Source: Mobula hypostoma (Eukaryota). Taken from it: a DNA stretch of 64,000 nt. Below are positions 12,129-25,562 of the stretch, piece by piece. Location: positions 5,394,001-5,458,000 of the forward strand of contig NC_086097.1 of NCBI RefSeq assembly GCF_963921235.1, written 5' to 3'. Position 1 is the stretch's first letter, and every line of letters starts with the position of its first letter. The notes beneath the pieces were generated by a model. The model saw nothing but the letters and a program-made list of their open reading frames with translations. It searched no databases and had not been told where the DNA came from. Both the position numbers and the translations under genes were made by a program.

Positions 12129-12562
12129 TAAACAGTCGTAAATTAATTCAATCCGTAAAGGAGATGGTTCAATGTGAGTCACGCTGAATACAGATAATAA
12201 TATCTGTTAATTTTAAAAATTATTTAATTGGAACTAAGATTCTCCATTAAGATTGATACGTTAATTAGGTGAATCAGTAACTCAATAGTTCACATCAGAT
12301 TTTCTTTCTTAATTTGAAAATGATATATAGCCACAGTCTCAGGTGATTGTCTCTTCGTACATTAGTTAAAAAGAGAGAATCTCTCCTGACTGCGAGTGCT
12401 GTCCAGCTCTTTGACCACATTCTCACTCAGACTCATCAGCACAACAGATGTCAGCCCTCCCCTCCTGGCCAGCTCTCAGTCCACTCCTCTCAGTATATTG
12501 GTCATCTCCACTTGTTCAGTACAGACAAAAGGTCTTAATGCAAAACACTAACTATCCATTTC

Positions 12563-13150
12563 CATAAGACCATAAGACATAGGAGCAGACTTAGGCCATT
12601 TGGGCCATTGATTCTGTCTGCCTTTCCATCATAGTCATCTTATTATCCCCCTCAACCCCATTCTCCTGGCCTCTCTCCATAACCTTTGATGCTCTTACTA
12701 ATCAAGAAACTATCAACCTCTGTTTTAAATATATCCAGTGACTTGGCCTCCATAGCTGCCTCTGGCACTGAATTCCACAGATTTACCACTGTCTGGCTAA
12801 AGAAATTCTTCCTCGCCTCTATTCTAAATGGACATCTCTCTTTTCTGAGGTTGTTCCTACTGGTCTTAGACTCCTATACTATGGGAAACATCCTCTCCAC
12901 ATCTACTCTATCTAGGCCTTTTAACATTTGATAGGTTTCAATGAGGTTGCCCCCATTCTTCCAAGCTCTAGGGGTACAGGCCAAGAGCCATCAAACACTC
13001 CTCCTATGTTAAATCTTTCATGTCTGGAATCATTCTCCTCAACCTTCTCTGGACCCTTTCCAATGCCAGCACAGCTTTTCTTTGATAAGGGGCTTAAAAT
13101 TTCTCACAATACTCCTGGAACAGTCTGCCCAATGTTTTACAAAGCCTCAA
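12563..13150 (-). mobile_element. CR1 LINE 3' fragment
   Basis: ccataaga tail repeats at 12563-12580; antisense to the CR1 C-terminal coding region. Confidence 0.8.
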
Positions 13151-13616
13151 CATTACATCCAAGAGAAAATCTGCAGATGCCGGAAATCTAAGGCTCTCAG
13201 CCTGAAATGTCAACTTTACTCTTTCCATTGATGCTGCATGGCCTGCTGAGCGCCTGCAGCATTTTGTGTCTGTTGCTCAACAATACATCCTTGCTTTTGT
13301 ATTCATTATCAAATTTATTGTCAAAGTACATATGTGTCGCCGAATACAACCCCAAGATTCATTTTCTTGTGGGCACACTCAATAAAAGTTCAAGTTTCAA
13401 AGTTTCAAAGGGCAAGTTTAATGTCAGAGAAATGTATACAATATACATCCTGAAATGCTTTTTCTTCACAATAAATCCATAAAAAATAACCATAACAGAA
13501 TCAGTGACAGACCACACCAACTTGGGCATTCAGGCAGTGTGCAAATGACAACAACCTGTGAAAAACCAAAAAGAAAGAAATCACAATAAATAAACACACA
13601 ATAAATATTGAGAACA

Positions 13617-14722
13617 TGAGGCATGGGATCCAAGGGGGCCATTGCTTTGTGGATCCAGAACTGGCTTGCCCACAGAAGGCAAAGAGTGTTTGTAGGCGGG
13701 TCATATTCTGCATGGAGGTCGGTGACCAGTGGTGTGCCTCAGGAATCTGTTCAGGGACCCTTACTCATCGTGATTTTTGTAAATGACCTGGATGAGGAAG
13801 TGGAGGGATGGGTTAGTAAATTTGCTGATGACACAAATGTTGGAGGTGTTGTGGATAGTGTGGAGGGCTGTCAGAGGTTACAGCAGGACATCGATAGGAT
13901 GCAAAACTGAGCTGTGAAGTGGCCGATGGAGTTCAAACCAGATAAGTGTGAAATTGTTCATTTTGGTAGGTCAAATATGATGGCAGAATATAGTATTAAT
14001 GGTAAGACTCCTGGCAGTGTGGAGGATCAGAGGGATCCTGAGGTCTGAGTCCATAGGACACTCAAAGCAGCTGCGCAGGTCGACTCTGTGGTTAAGAAGG
14101 CATACGGTGTATTGGCCTTCATCAATCGTGGAATTAAATTTAGGAGCCGAGAGGTAATGTTGCAGCTATATAGGACCCTGGTCAGACCCCACTTGGAGTA
14201 CTGTGCTCAGTTCTGTTTCACCTCACTATAGGAAGGATGTGGAAACCATAGAAAGGGTGCAGAGGAGATTTACAAGGATGTTGCCTGGATTGGGGAGCAT
14301 GTCTTATGAGAATAAGTTGAGTGAACTTGGCCTTTTCTCCTTGGAGAGACGAAAGTGACCTGATAGAGGTGTATAAGATGATGACAGTCATTGATCGTGT
14401 GGATAGTCAGAGGCTCTTTCCCAGGGTTGAAATGGCTGCTACAAGAGGGCACAGGTTTAAGGTGCTTGGGAGTAGGTACAGAGGAGATGTCCGGGGTAAG
14501 TTTATTTACAGATAGAGTGCTGAGAGCGTGGAATGGGTTGTCGGCAACGGTGGTGGAGGCAGAAACGATAGGGTCTTTTAAGAGACTTTTGGATAGGTAC
14601 ATAGAGTTTAGTAAAATAGAGGGCTATGGGTAACCCTAGTAATTTCTAAGGTAGGGACATGTTCAGCACAACTTTGTGGGCTGAAGGGCCTGTATTGTGC
14701 TGTAGGTTTTCTACATTTTCTA
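13617..14722 (+). mobile_element. CR1 LINE RT/3' fragment inserted in a minus-strand LINE tail
   Basis: WIQNWLAHRRQRV..SGVPQES..FADDT..LVRPHLEYC; ttttcta tail. Confidence 0.9.
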
Positions 14723-15194
14723 TAAAGAGTCCTTGAAAGTGAGTCCATAGGTTGTGGGAGCAGTTCAGTGATGGGGCAAGTAAATTTGAGTGAACTTATC
14801 CCCTTTGGTTCAAGTGTCTGATGGTTGAGGGTAATAACTGTTCTTCAACCTGGCAGCATGAGTCCTGAGGCTCCTGTACCTTCTTCCTGATTGCAGCAAT
14901 GAGAGCATGGACTGGGTGCTAAGTGAAACTGATAATAGATGTTGCTTTCCTGCGACAATGTTTGATGTGGATGAGTTCAATGGTGGGGAGAGATTTACCC
15001 ATGATGGACTGGGACATGTCCACTACTTTTTGTAGGATGTTTTAGTACATATATCACACTCAGCACATAAAACACAATGTTACCAGAAGTAAGTTAATAA
15101 ATACATTTAGTGCACAGTACGGGTAAGCAGTAACCAGTAAACAGTACACAGCTCACTATCCTAGTGATGCCAAGACGATTGTGTATAAAATAGC

Positions 15195-15762
15195 CCTGTG
15201 TTCTTGGCAATTGTTTCCACCATTACCGTTGCCTTGAAATACTATGCAAGCCAAGGCAGTACGAGGCGGAGAGCAAGCTGTTCCCCATGTAGCAGGCTCC
15301 TCCTTTCCACGGAGTTGATGAACCCAAAGTCATGGCAGAGACCAATACAGTTTGGGACCAGCAGCATTCTAGGAGTTGCCAGTCCACATTCAACTCAACA
15401 TAGGACTACCGTAAGGACTTGCTTGCGGATTACTCCCGAAGCTCTCCCAATGAGTGGGTATAGACATAAGGCAGCAGAGGTTTGAGATCAAAGTTTTCCT
15501 TCTCCTTGATGAGCTGCCAGCTATGGCTGACAGGCTCTACCTGCCTGGAGCAACTGGTTTTAAGGCGCCCTTAACCCGCCTTTGCCCCTTCTCTTGTTAG
15601 TAGAAACGGTTCCACCAAACTTAGTAGCTGAGCCACATGTGAAGGCCAGAAGCTAGACTTGGCTGTCAGAGGCAATTTGAGATACACGGCATTGGGAGCA
15701 CTTAAGTGGAAGTGGAAGTTTATCCCCATTACCAGCCTCGGCTATGACAGCCTTAAGTAACC
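15195..15762 (-). mobile_element. Apparently full-length non-autonomous RTE-like element family 1
   Basis: Homologous to 108-520 and 5067-5580; no ORF; structured 5' end. Confidence 0.6.
15591..15762 (-). ncRNA. Candidate HDV/CPEB3-like ribozyme (no P4, hairpin in L3), degraded copy
   Basis: P1 GGUUAC (GGUUCC in the 5067 copy)/GGAACC, P2 CUUCUG/CAAGAG, P3 GCC/GGU, L3 starting UUCAC, G after P1', J4/2 CUAA. Folded by eye. Confidence 0.5.
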
Positions 15763-16235
15763 AACCTCAATGGAAAAAGGCTGCTTGCATTTACTCTGTC
15801 AATACCCCTCATCACTTTCCATAGCTCTATCAAGTCTCCCCTCAGTCTCCTACGCTCTAGGGATTAAAGTCCTAAAGTACTCCAATGTAGTTTAATTACT
15901 GATTTCTCTCTTGAAATGTTGCAGAAATCCTCAGATCTTTGGATGCTTTTTGTAATTCACAGCAGACCTAGAGCAGATGTACTTTCTGGTTGATTTAAAG
16001 TCTAGAGGACAGAGCAGTTTCTCCCAGACATAGAGGGAACACTAGTCCTGTTCTGAACTTTGAGCATGAGTGCAAGAATGAAAAGATGAAAAGAGAGCTC
16101 AAGGGCAGTAGGAGATGCTTGTAGAGAGAGGATAAGGAAAGGGAGGGGAGCTCAGCAAGTGGCCATTGGAGCAACAGGCCCCCAGGTGGTTAGATTGCTT
16201 TGGATGCTCTTTACACATTAAGGTGAGAGACAGAA

Positions 16236-17800
16236 TCAAAGTTCAAAGTAAAACTTATTTATATATATATAAATATATATATAAAAGCATGTGCAATCCC
16301 GAGATTCATTTCTTACAGGCATATACAGTAATCTAAGAACCATAATAGAATCAATGAAAGATTGAAAGGGTGGACAAACAACTAATGTGTAAAAGATAGC
16401 AAACTTAAAATACAAATGAGGAAAAATAAATATATGACCAATAAGTATCAAGAACATGAGATAAAGAGTCTTTGAAAGTGCGTCCATAGGTTGTGGGAAC
16501 AGTTCAGTGTTGTGGTGAGTAAAGTTAACCCCTCTGGTTCAAGAGCCTGATAGTTGAGGTGCAATAACTGTTCCGTAACCTGTTGGTGTGAGTCCTGAGT
16601 CTCCTGTACCTTCTTCCTCATGGTGACAGTGAGACGAGAGCATGACCTGCGTGATGTGTGTCCTTGATGATGGATGCTGCTTTTCTGCATTGTGTAGATG
16701 TGCTCAATGGGCTTCACCCGTGATGGACTGGGCCTCCTCTGCTACCTGTTGTCAGATTTTCTGTTCAACAGCGTTGGTGTTTCCATACCAGGCTGTGATG
16801 CAACCAGTCAATATACTCTCCACCACATACCTTTAGAAGTTTGTCAAGGTGTTAGATGTCATGCTGAGTCTGGCAAACTTCTAAGGAAGTAGACATGCTG
16901 TCGTGCTTTCTTCTTAATTGCACTTACGTGCCGAGCCCAAGACCAGCAGCTGAAATGATAACACCAAGAAATTTAAAGTTGATCCCTGATGACGACTGGC
17001 TAGTGAACATTGGTTTTCTCCTCCTGAAGTCAATAATCATCTCCTTGGTCTTGCAGACATTATTGTTGTTGAGGTACCACTCAGCCAGATTTCCAGTCTC
17101 CCTCCTATATGCTGATTTGTTACCACATTTGATCTGGCCAATGATACTGGTGTCGTCAGCAAACTGAAATATGGCATTGGAGCTGTCATAAGTATAAAGC
17201 GAGAAGAGCACGGGGGATAAGCACACATCCTTATAGTGCAACTGCGTTGATGGAGGTTTGGAGGAGATGTTGTTAACAATCTGAACAGATTCTGGTCTGC
17301 AAGTGAAGTAATCGAGGATACAATTGCACAAGAAGGTATTGAGGCCAAAGTTTTGAAGCTTATTGATTAGTTTTGAGAGAATGATGGTACTGAATGTTGA
17401 GCTGTAGTTGATAAAGTGCATCCTAATGTATGCATCATTATTGTCCAGATGTTCCAGGGTTAAATGACGAGCCAATGAAATGGCATCTGCTCCGGACCTG
17501 CTGTGATGGAGTGGATACAATTCGCCTCTCTGGCGGGAGTTGATACGTTTCATCACCGGCCACCAAGACCACTTCATCACTGTGGATGTAAGTGCTACTG
17601 GACGATAGTCATTGAGACATGTTCTTCTTGGGCACCAGTGTGATTGAATCCAGCCTGAAGCAGGTGGGTACTTCAGACTGCTGAAGTGAGAGGTGAACAC
17701 TCCAGCCAGTTGATCAGCACAGGTCTTTATTACTCGGCCAGGAACACCATCTGGACCAGACAGTTTCCATGGGTTCACCCTCCTGAAGGATGCTTACACA
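16236..17800 (-). mobile_element. Rex1/Babar- or L2-like LINE ORF2 RT fragment with 3' tail
   Basis: ORF 16924..17778: GPDGVPGRV.K.CA.QL, NDYRPVALTSTVMK, FADDT, KTKEMIIDFRR, FKFLGV. Confidence 0.85.
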
Positions 17801-18154
17801 TCAGAGTTGGTATGTCACCTGTAATGTGACTCAATCAATCCCTTTATCTTACTGCCATTGAGTGTAAGGTTGTTGCTGTGACACCACTCAACCAGCTGGT
17901 CTATTTCATTCCTGCACCACATGTAAAATCACTAATAATGTGGAAAACTTAATGCATGTGTGCAGTACATCAAGGATTATTGCCACAATTCTGATCAGTT
18001 CTATGCACCATATGCAAAGAACCCTGCAAGATTTAGTTTACGAGTTCTCGTTCTAATTCCTTCACTATTTTATGTCCTTGAGAAGAATTTCTAGGCCGTT
18101 ATCCTCAAACTATTATCTCTGAGTCATTCCCACATTAGTAGGTAAGATGCCAAA

Positions 18155-19065
18155 TTTCAAATTTTTTGTCATTCAACTCTATACATGTGTACCAACAAAT
18201 GAAGCAACGTTCCTCTGGACCAAGGTGCACAACACAGTACATATAACTCTCACACACAAAATATAAAGTAATGTTACCACAAATAAAATAAGGTGGATTT
18301 ACAACATGAGTAAAAAACACAAGTGACGAAATCTGGTTGGTGACAGGCAGTTCAGTAGTCTCACTGCCTGGGAGAAGAAGCTGTTTACAATCCTGACAAT
18401 TCTAGTTCTAATGCTATGGTACCTCCTGACTGATGATGGGGGAATCAAAGTGATTGTTGGACAGACGAGAGGTAACATTCGCAATGCTAAGAGCCCTGCA
18501 TATGCAACGGTCCTGATAAATATCTCTGATGGAAGGAAAAGAGACCGCAATGATTCTCTCAGCAGTCCTCACAATCCTTTGTAAGGACTTGGGGTCAGAT
18601 ACCTTGCAGTTCCTGTAACAGATTTTGTGTTGCAACTAGTCAGGACACTCTTGATAGTGCTCCTGTAAAAATTAATTGGAATGGGGATGGGGAACCTCAC
18701 TCATTTCAATCTCCTCAGGAAGTGGAAACGTTACTGCATTTTATTGACCAAAGAGATGGTGTTGATGGACCAGGTGAGATCATCCGTTATGTTGTAAACA
18801 AGATAAAATCTACAGATGTTGGAAATCAAAGTAATACACACAAAATGCTGGAGGAACTCAGTAGACCAGGCAGTATTTATGGAAAGGAGCAACCAGTTGG
18901 TGTTTCCGGCTGAGACCTTCCATCAGGACTGATGGCCTGCTGAGTTCCTCTAGCATTTTGTTTGCAATACTCATTCATTATGCGCACTCTCAGAAAATTG
19001 ACTCACCTAATTGTCTCCACAGAGAAGCCATTTATTTGCAGTGAGGAGTGGTCAGCCTGCAATGT
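18155..19065 (-). mobile_element. Degraded Rex/L2-type LINE 3' fragment with a fold-back PLE terminal insert (~18795-18970)
   Basis: CYRNCKVSD.K.LQRIVRTAERII, NSFFSQAVRLLN; the insert carries inverted caaaatgctggaggaactcag arms. Confidence 0.6.
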
Positions 19066-19474
19066 ATAGTGACCTTGAGAAAGCTTCTGTAAAATAAATA
19101 AATTGTTACAAAGGTTTTGTCACTCTAGCTTCAAAAAGATATGAGAAATGAGAAGTATCTGAGATTTTAACAAGGCAGAGTAGATTTTCAGTAAAGACTA
19201 ACTGAATCCTAATATTATATTTGATGTAATTACACTCTACAAGAGGACACAGTCAAGGTCAAAAAAATAAGTTGAATGCATGCTTACATTTAATTTACAT
19301 GGATGCTGATAAGTATTTGGAGAATAGATCTCAATAAACATGGACAAACTTTATCCAGAAATTCATGAGAATAGATTATTAGAAAACAGAATTGAAGAAA
19401 TGAAAAATAAATCACTGCATCATGAATTTAGGACAAATTGATGGTAAGCTGTCATAAGCACCAGTATTTTTTGG

Positions 19475-21257
19475 TGGAGCGGCAGGTAGTGTTGAGGAAA
19501 CAGGTAGGATGCAGAAGGACTTAGACAGATTAGGAGAATGGGCAAGGAAGTGGCAAATGAAATATAATGTTGGGAAATGCATGGTCATGCACTTTGGTAA
19601 TAGAGATAAATATGCAGAATATTTTCTAAATGGGGAGAAAATCCAAAAATCTGAGATGCAAAGGGACTTGGGAGTCCTTTTGCAGAACACCCTAAAGGTT
19701 AACTTGCAGGTAGAGTTGGTGGTGAGGACGGCAAATGCAATGTTAGCATTCATTTCAAGAGGTCTAGAATACGAGAGCAGGGATGTGATGCTGAGGCTTT
19801 ACGAGGCACTGGTGAAGCCTCACCTTGAGTATTGTAAACAGATTTGGGCCCCTCATCTTAGAAGAGATGTGCTGGCATTGGAGAGGGTCCAGAGGAGATT
19901 CACAAGGATGATTCCAGGAATGGCTCTGTGTCTGTACTCGCTGGAATTTTGAAGGATGAGGGGGAATCGTTGAAACCTTTCGAATGCATTACTAAATGAC
20001 AATAAAAGAGGACTGCATGTCCTCATAATCTAATCTAATCTAATGTTGAAAGGCCTAGACAGAGTAGTTTAGGAGGATTAATGGTGCCTAGCTGCGAGTC
20101 TGTTGCTTGCATCTTTGAAAACAGCTCTATTTCCATCTTTTTATATATATATTTTTTATTTTCAAAATACCTCTATTTTTCCTTTTCAGGTTTCTTTTGA
20201 AGACCTGACCTGGAGTTACATGCTGACTAGTGTTCTTTGCGGGAATGGGACCAGCTCGCGGGGTTTCATGACTGGCCGTTATTCGGTACGCCAAGGGCTC
20301 TGCCTAAGGTCTCAGCTCATCATCAGAGGGCTGAGATCTCGTGGCTCTGGAGATGGGTGGATCGAAGGTCGGTGTCTGAGCAGGAGATTGGTGTGTTGTG
20401 GGAGATGGAAGACCTAAGGCTGTGTGCCCAGAGACCTGAGATCTTTTTGGGCACAGAGCTCAGAAAAAGCGACGCAACTGATTTTTACCATCGTAAACCA
20501 GCGAGTTGTTTGTTATGTCTCCACTCTGGCTGTGAAATGGAGACACCTCTTTCTCCCTTATTAGAGAGAGAGAGCCTGTGGTATGTGGAATACCGGGTGA
20601 ACAAGTAGTCATTATGGTAACTGCAAGTCTGTGTCTTTGCTGTTGGTTTGCTCACTCTTGAGTGCTCAGCGGCAGGTGCTGATGCTTTTTTTACTGCTGG
20701 GGGGAGGGGGGATCGTTGCTTGCTGCCTCTTATGCGCAGGAAGGAGGGGAGCTCCGGGGACTTTGGGGTTCTAACGTTTAATTGTCGTTCATTCTTTGGG
20801 GGCACTGTTCTGTTTTCGTGGATGGTTGTGAAGAGAAAGCATTTCAGGATGTATATCGTATACATTTCTCTGACATTAAATGTACCTTTGAAACCTTTGA
20901 CTAGATGTGAAAAGGATATTTCCCATGGTGGGAATGTTTAGGACAAGAGGCCACAGCCTCAGGATAGAGGGGCATCCATTCAAAACAGAGATGTGGAAAC
21001 ATACCTTTAGCCAAAGGGTGGTGGATTTGTGGAAATTTATTACCACAGGCAGCTGTGGAAGCCAGGTTGTTGGGTGTTTTTAAGGCAGAGATTGATAGGT
21101 TCTTGATTGGACATGGCATCAAAATTTACGGGAAGAGGGCGGGGAAATGGGATTGAGGAGGAGAAAAAAAAGGATCAGCCTTGATTAAAAGGCAGAACAG
21201 ACTCAATGGACCAAATGGCCTAATTCTGCTCCTCTGTCTTATGGTTTTATGGTCTTA
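19475..21257 (+). mobile_element. CR1 LINE 3' fragment interrupted by two retroposon insertions (19983-20045, ~20068-20900)
   Basis: MQKDLDRLGEWA..LVKPHLEYC; resumes at 20900 (tagatgtgaaaaggatatttccc); tcttatgg tail. Confidence 0.85.
20068..20900 (+). mobile_element. ~830-bp non-autonomous retroposon
   Basis: Homologous to minus-strand 41570-42075; its tail (tgacattaaa..cctttgaaac) recurs inverted at 13385-13470. Confidence 0.6.
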
Positions 21258-22504
21258 TTTGTTAATTATTCTCTTATCTAGAGTCGCTGTGCTTTCTGCT
21301 TAATCTGGTCAAGTTTATTTTGACTGGAACTATTCACACTGATCACAGGGTTCCTATGTTTTGAGAATGATTCGTCTCAAGGCATCACTCACTCAAGTCA
21401 CCAACGTTCTGTTGGAATCCCTGTGTATAAACATTTGTTTCCGTCTCTACATGGGAGTCTGTCAGTCCTCTGCATCCGGTTCAGTCATTGCCAGCGCACA
21501 CCGTGACATTCAGCCTTTTGCAGTCCTCTATGTTTTTGTCCGTAACTGCATGGAGATCCGAGGTAATTCTTTAATCTTCCTTTAGCAGTTGAAGCTGAGT
21601 TTTATTTACTCATTCCCAGGAGATGGTCATGGTTGGCAAGTGCAGCATCTATTATCCATTATCCACTCCTAATTGACTTCATCTGCACGGGAAGCTGACC
21701 AGCAACTTCAAAGGGTAGTTACTTGAAACTGGAGTTTGACTTAAATCAGGCCGGGGATGGCAGCCCTCTGTCCTCCAAAGATAATGGTGAACCTGTACAG
21801 TTTTCTGATAGTCCTGTACTTTCCTTGTTCCAATTACTGATACCACTTTGAATTTCAAAATTTATTTATTTGCTCGAATTTCCAATACCAACTCTTATGA
21901 TGGGATTTGAACGTTGTTTGCGGATCAGACCATGGACAGTAGTCCATTCACTTAATTCCTGTGAAACACCGGAGAATGGGCAGATGCTGAGACTCCTGAG
22001 CAACTCATACAAACTGCTGAAGGATCTCAGGGTCCCGAGGAAAGGCCTCAGCCCGAACCGTTGACTAGCACCAGCCCACCTGCCGTCAGTATATACAGTG
22101 TAGAGAAAGGTGCTGGAAAAGGGCCAGTAACATCATGAAGGGTCACGGACTCTTTCTCCCTCCCATCAGGGAGGAAGCTACATAACCTCCAGGCCAGGAA
22201 CTCCAGACTCAAAAACAGAGACTTTCCCCAAACAGTAAGGCTGATCAACACCTCCACCCACTGACCCACCACTACTTAATCATTTCCTGTCAGTCACCTT
22301 GTGTACAGATGCTCCTGTACCTAGTGTTACTATGTGCACATGCTGTCAATCTATATATATGCAAGCTTATGTATTGATAGTTGTTGTACTTTTTATCTTG
22401 TTGTGTTTTTTTGTGCTGCACCAGATCCGGAGTAGGAACTAGCTTGCTCTTTACACTTGTGACAAGGAAATTACATTAAACAACCTTGAGTCCAACCACA
22501 CCCC

Positions 22505-22885
22505 CCCGCCCTTTCCTTGTCCCTGGGCCTCCTGTCCCATGATCCTCTCATATCCCTTTTGCCAATCACCTGTCCAGCTCTTGGCTCCATCCCTCCCCCT
22601 CCTGTCTTCTCCTATCATTTTGGATCTCCCCCTCCCCCTCCAACTTTCAAATCCCTTACTCACTCTTCCTTCAGTTAGTCCTGATGAAGGGTCTCGGTCC
22701 AAAACGTCGACTGTACCTCTTCCTAGAGATGCTGCCTGGCCTGCTGTGTTCATCAGCAACTTTGATGTGTGTTGCTTGAATTTCCAGCATCTGCAGAATT
22801 CCTCGTGTTTATGTTTTCAAACAATCTTGAGCCTTGATTTCCACAGATGCTGCCTGACCTGCCGAGTTCCTCCAGCATTTTGTGT
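22505..22885 (+). mobile_element. Penelope-like element 3' UTR/terminal repeat
   Basis: Near-identical to the reverse complement of 62680-62925; contains a mutated hammerhead core (ctgatga..aaaacgtc). Confidence 0.75.
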
Positions 22886-23355
22886 AAGTGGACATGTAGC
22901 CTGTTCCAAAATGCTGGCTTCCAGAAAAGTCTGTTAAATACTATTCCTCAAATCTACTTTCCTAAACACACCCATTAACACTCATCGCTCGCCGTCCCCA
23001 ACCCCCATTCCCCCGTGTCTGATTACTCATTTACACTGAGGGCAATAGTCAGCAATTAACCAAATAACCAGAAAATCTCTGGGGTGTGGGGTTTGGGGAC
23101 ATGAGTGAAAAGGGAGGGCATGCAGCTTCCATAGTGCGAGCATCAGAGTTCAACGACAGGCCTGTGCTCTCCATTCAAACTTCCATATTCAAGATTTAAG
23201 ACTGATTAATTTCATTTCCTGTACTTAAGTGTAAAAAACAAAATAATTGTTTCTCCGGGTCCGGTGTAGCACAAACAAGGCCTCAAAAGATAAGGAACAT
23301 AATAATAAAAAAAGCAGAATCAATACAAATACATATGATGGCTTATATACACTGG

Positions 23356-24910
23356 GGTCACTTCCCCACTTTTCCTACGCTGCATCGATGATTGCATTGG
23401 TGTAGCTTCCTGCACCCATGTGGAACTCATCGTCTTCACCCACTATGCATCCAACTTCCACCCTGTCCTCAAATTAACCTGGTTTATTTCTGACACGACC
23501 TTCCCCCTTCTCAGTCTCTCTGTCTCTCTCTCTCTCTCTCTCTGGAGACAGTTTATCTACTGATGTCTATTATAAACCCACGGACTCTCAGAGCTACCTT
23601 GACTATACCTCTTCCCACTCTGTTACTTGTAAAAATGACATCCCTTTCTCTCAATTCCTCTGTCTCCACTGCATCTGCTCTCAGGATTAGGCTTTCCATT
23701 CCAGAATGAAGGAGATGTCCTCTTTCTTCAAAGAAAGGGGCTTTCCTTCCTCCACCATCAATGCTGCCTTCAAACGTATCTCTTCATGTTTGCCCTCATC
23801 CCATTCTCCTGCCACCCCACCAAGGATAGTATTCCTCTTATCCTCACCTCCTAGCCCACCAGGGATAGTATTCCTCTTATCCTCACCTCCTACCCCACCA
23901 GAGATAGTGTTCCTCTTATCCTCACCTCCCACCCCACCAGCACCTGCATCCAGCACATAATTCTCCGCAACTTCCACTACCTCCAACGGGATTCCACCAC
24001 GAAACACATCTTTCTCTCCTCCCCACTTTCTGCTTTCCACTGGGATCACTCCCTAAGTGTTTCTCTTGATCATTCATCCCTCTCACTGATCTCCCTCCTG
24101 GCACCTACCCTTGCAAGTTGTACAAATGCTACACCTGCCTCTGCACTTCCTCCCTCACCGCCATTCAGGGCCCCAAACAGTCCTTCCAGGTGAGGCAACA
24201 CTTCACCTGTGAGTCCGTTGGGGTCATATACAGTGTCTGGTGCTCCCAGTGTGGCCTCCTATATTTCGGTGAGATGCAACGTGGATTGGGAGACTGCTTC
24301 GCTGAGCACCTATGCCCTGTCTGCCAGAAAAAGTGGGATCTCCCAGTGGTCACCCATTTTAATTCCACTTCTCATTCCCCATTCTGATATGTCAATCCAC
24401 GGCCTCCTCTACTGTTGTGATGAGGCCACGCTCAGGTTGGAGGAGCAACACCTTATATTCCGTCTGGGTAGCCTCCAAGCTGGTGGCATGACCGTGATTT
24501 CTTGAACGTTTGGTGATGCCCCTCCCACCCCACTTCATCATTCCCCATTTGCATTTCAGTCTCTCACCCTACGTCCTTGCCTGCACTCTAGTGCTCCTCC
24601 ACCTTTCCTTTTTCCATGGCCTTCTGCCCTCCCCTATTACATCTCCCCATTCTCCAGCCCTCTATCTCTTTCACCACTCAACGTCCCCCCCCCCACGATT
24701 TCACCAATCACCTTGTATTTCTTCCTCCTCTGCCCCCACCTTTACTCCTGACTCCTCATCTTTTCGTTCTCCACCCTTGCTGAAGGATCTCAGCCAAAAG
24801 TGTCGACTCCACTCTTTTCCATCCTCCCTGGCCTCCTCAGTTCCTTGCTCCTTCATTTTGTGTGTGTTACTTGGATTTCCAGCATCCGCAGATTTTCTCT
24901 CGCTTGTTAT
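23356..24910 (+). mobile_element. Penelope-like element 3' half (RT thumb + GIY-YIG endonuclease), degraded
   Basis: VYYKPTDS..YLDYTSSH, EMSSFFKERGFP, KCYTC, FTCESVGVIYSVWCSQCGLLYFGE..EHL, RLEEQHLIFRLGSL. Confidence 0.85.
23814..23940 (+). repeat. 39-bp tandem repeat, 3.25 copies, inside the PLE ORF
   Basis: Units at 23814, 23853, 23892 and partial 23931 (accccaccarggatagtattcctcttatcctcacctcct). Confidence 0.9.
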
Positions 24911-25562
24911 ATACATTGATAGCCAGTTGCTGGGGTATGAGGCATCTGTATTAACTGCTGCCACCATGTGGATGTGTCAGATTTATAGGTTGGTTGGAAA
25001 CAACGTCGGGTAAATTACAAAAAGAAACCCACCAAAGCTAAAATCTGTCCCCGACCTGTAATTGATATGTTTAGCAAGACATTTCGTTTTCCCATTCAGA
25101 ACTGAGTTAAGATAATCGCTCTTCCACTTTATAGTTTCTGGGCCAGAAATGTGGCAGAGATTTTACAGACCAGAAAATCAATATTTAACAGAAGCCAAGT
25201 CTTTGGTGCAGGTTTCCAGCTTTGTGAAATGATTGTTAGAAATGCTGACTTCTTCACACTCTGTAAAGGGAGAACGATTTTTCCAGACTAACGTTTTATT
25301 GAGGTCAGCGTTCTTTCTACACTTGCTGTGTGCAAAGTAACACAAGATTTAAAATGCTCTTCTTTGTTTCCTGAACTTATCATTGACACCAAATAATACA
25401 GCAGCAGCAAGGTAAACAAACTTTGCTTTATAAAGTTCTTTCAGTAGGCTAAATTTTAAACACTATTCTTTTACCTTAGACTTGCTGCTATCAGGAAGAA
25501 GGTACGGCAGCCTTAGGACCCACACCACCAGAGTCAGGACCAGTTATTACCCCTCAATCATC

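Noticed and set aside
21349..21562. AG..GT-bounded open segment in unique sequence (ORF 21361..21585)
   Set aside because: Weak acceptor, no recognisable protein and no partner exons; a lncRNA exon cannot be excluded.
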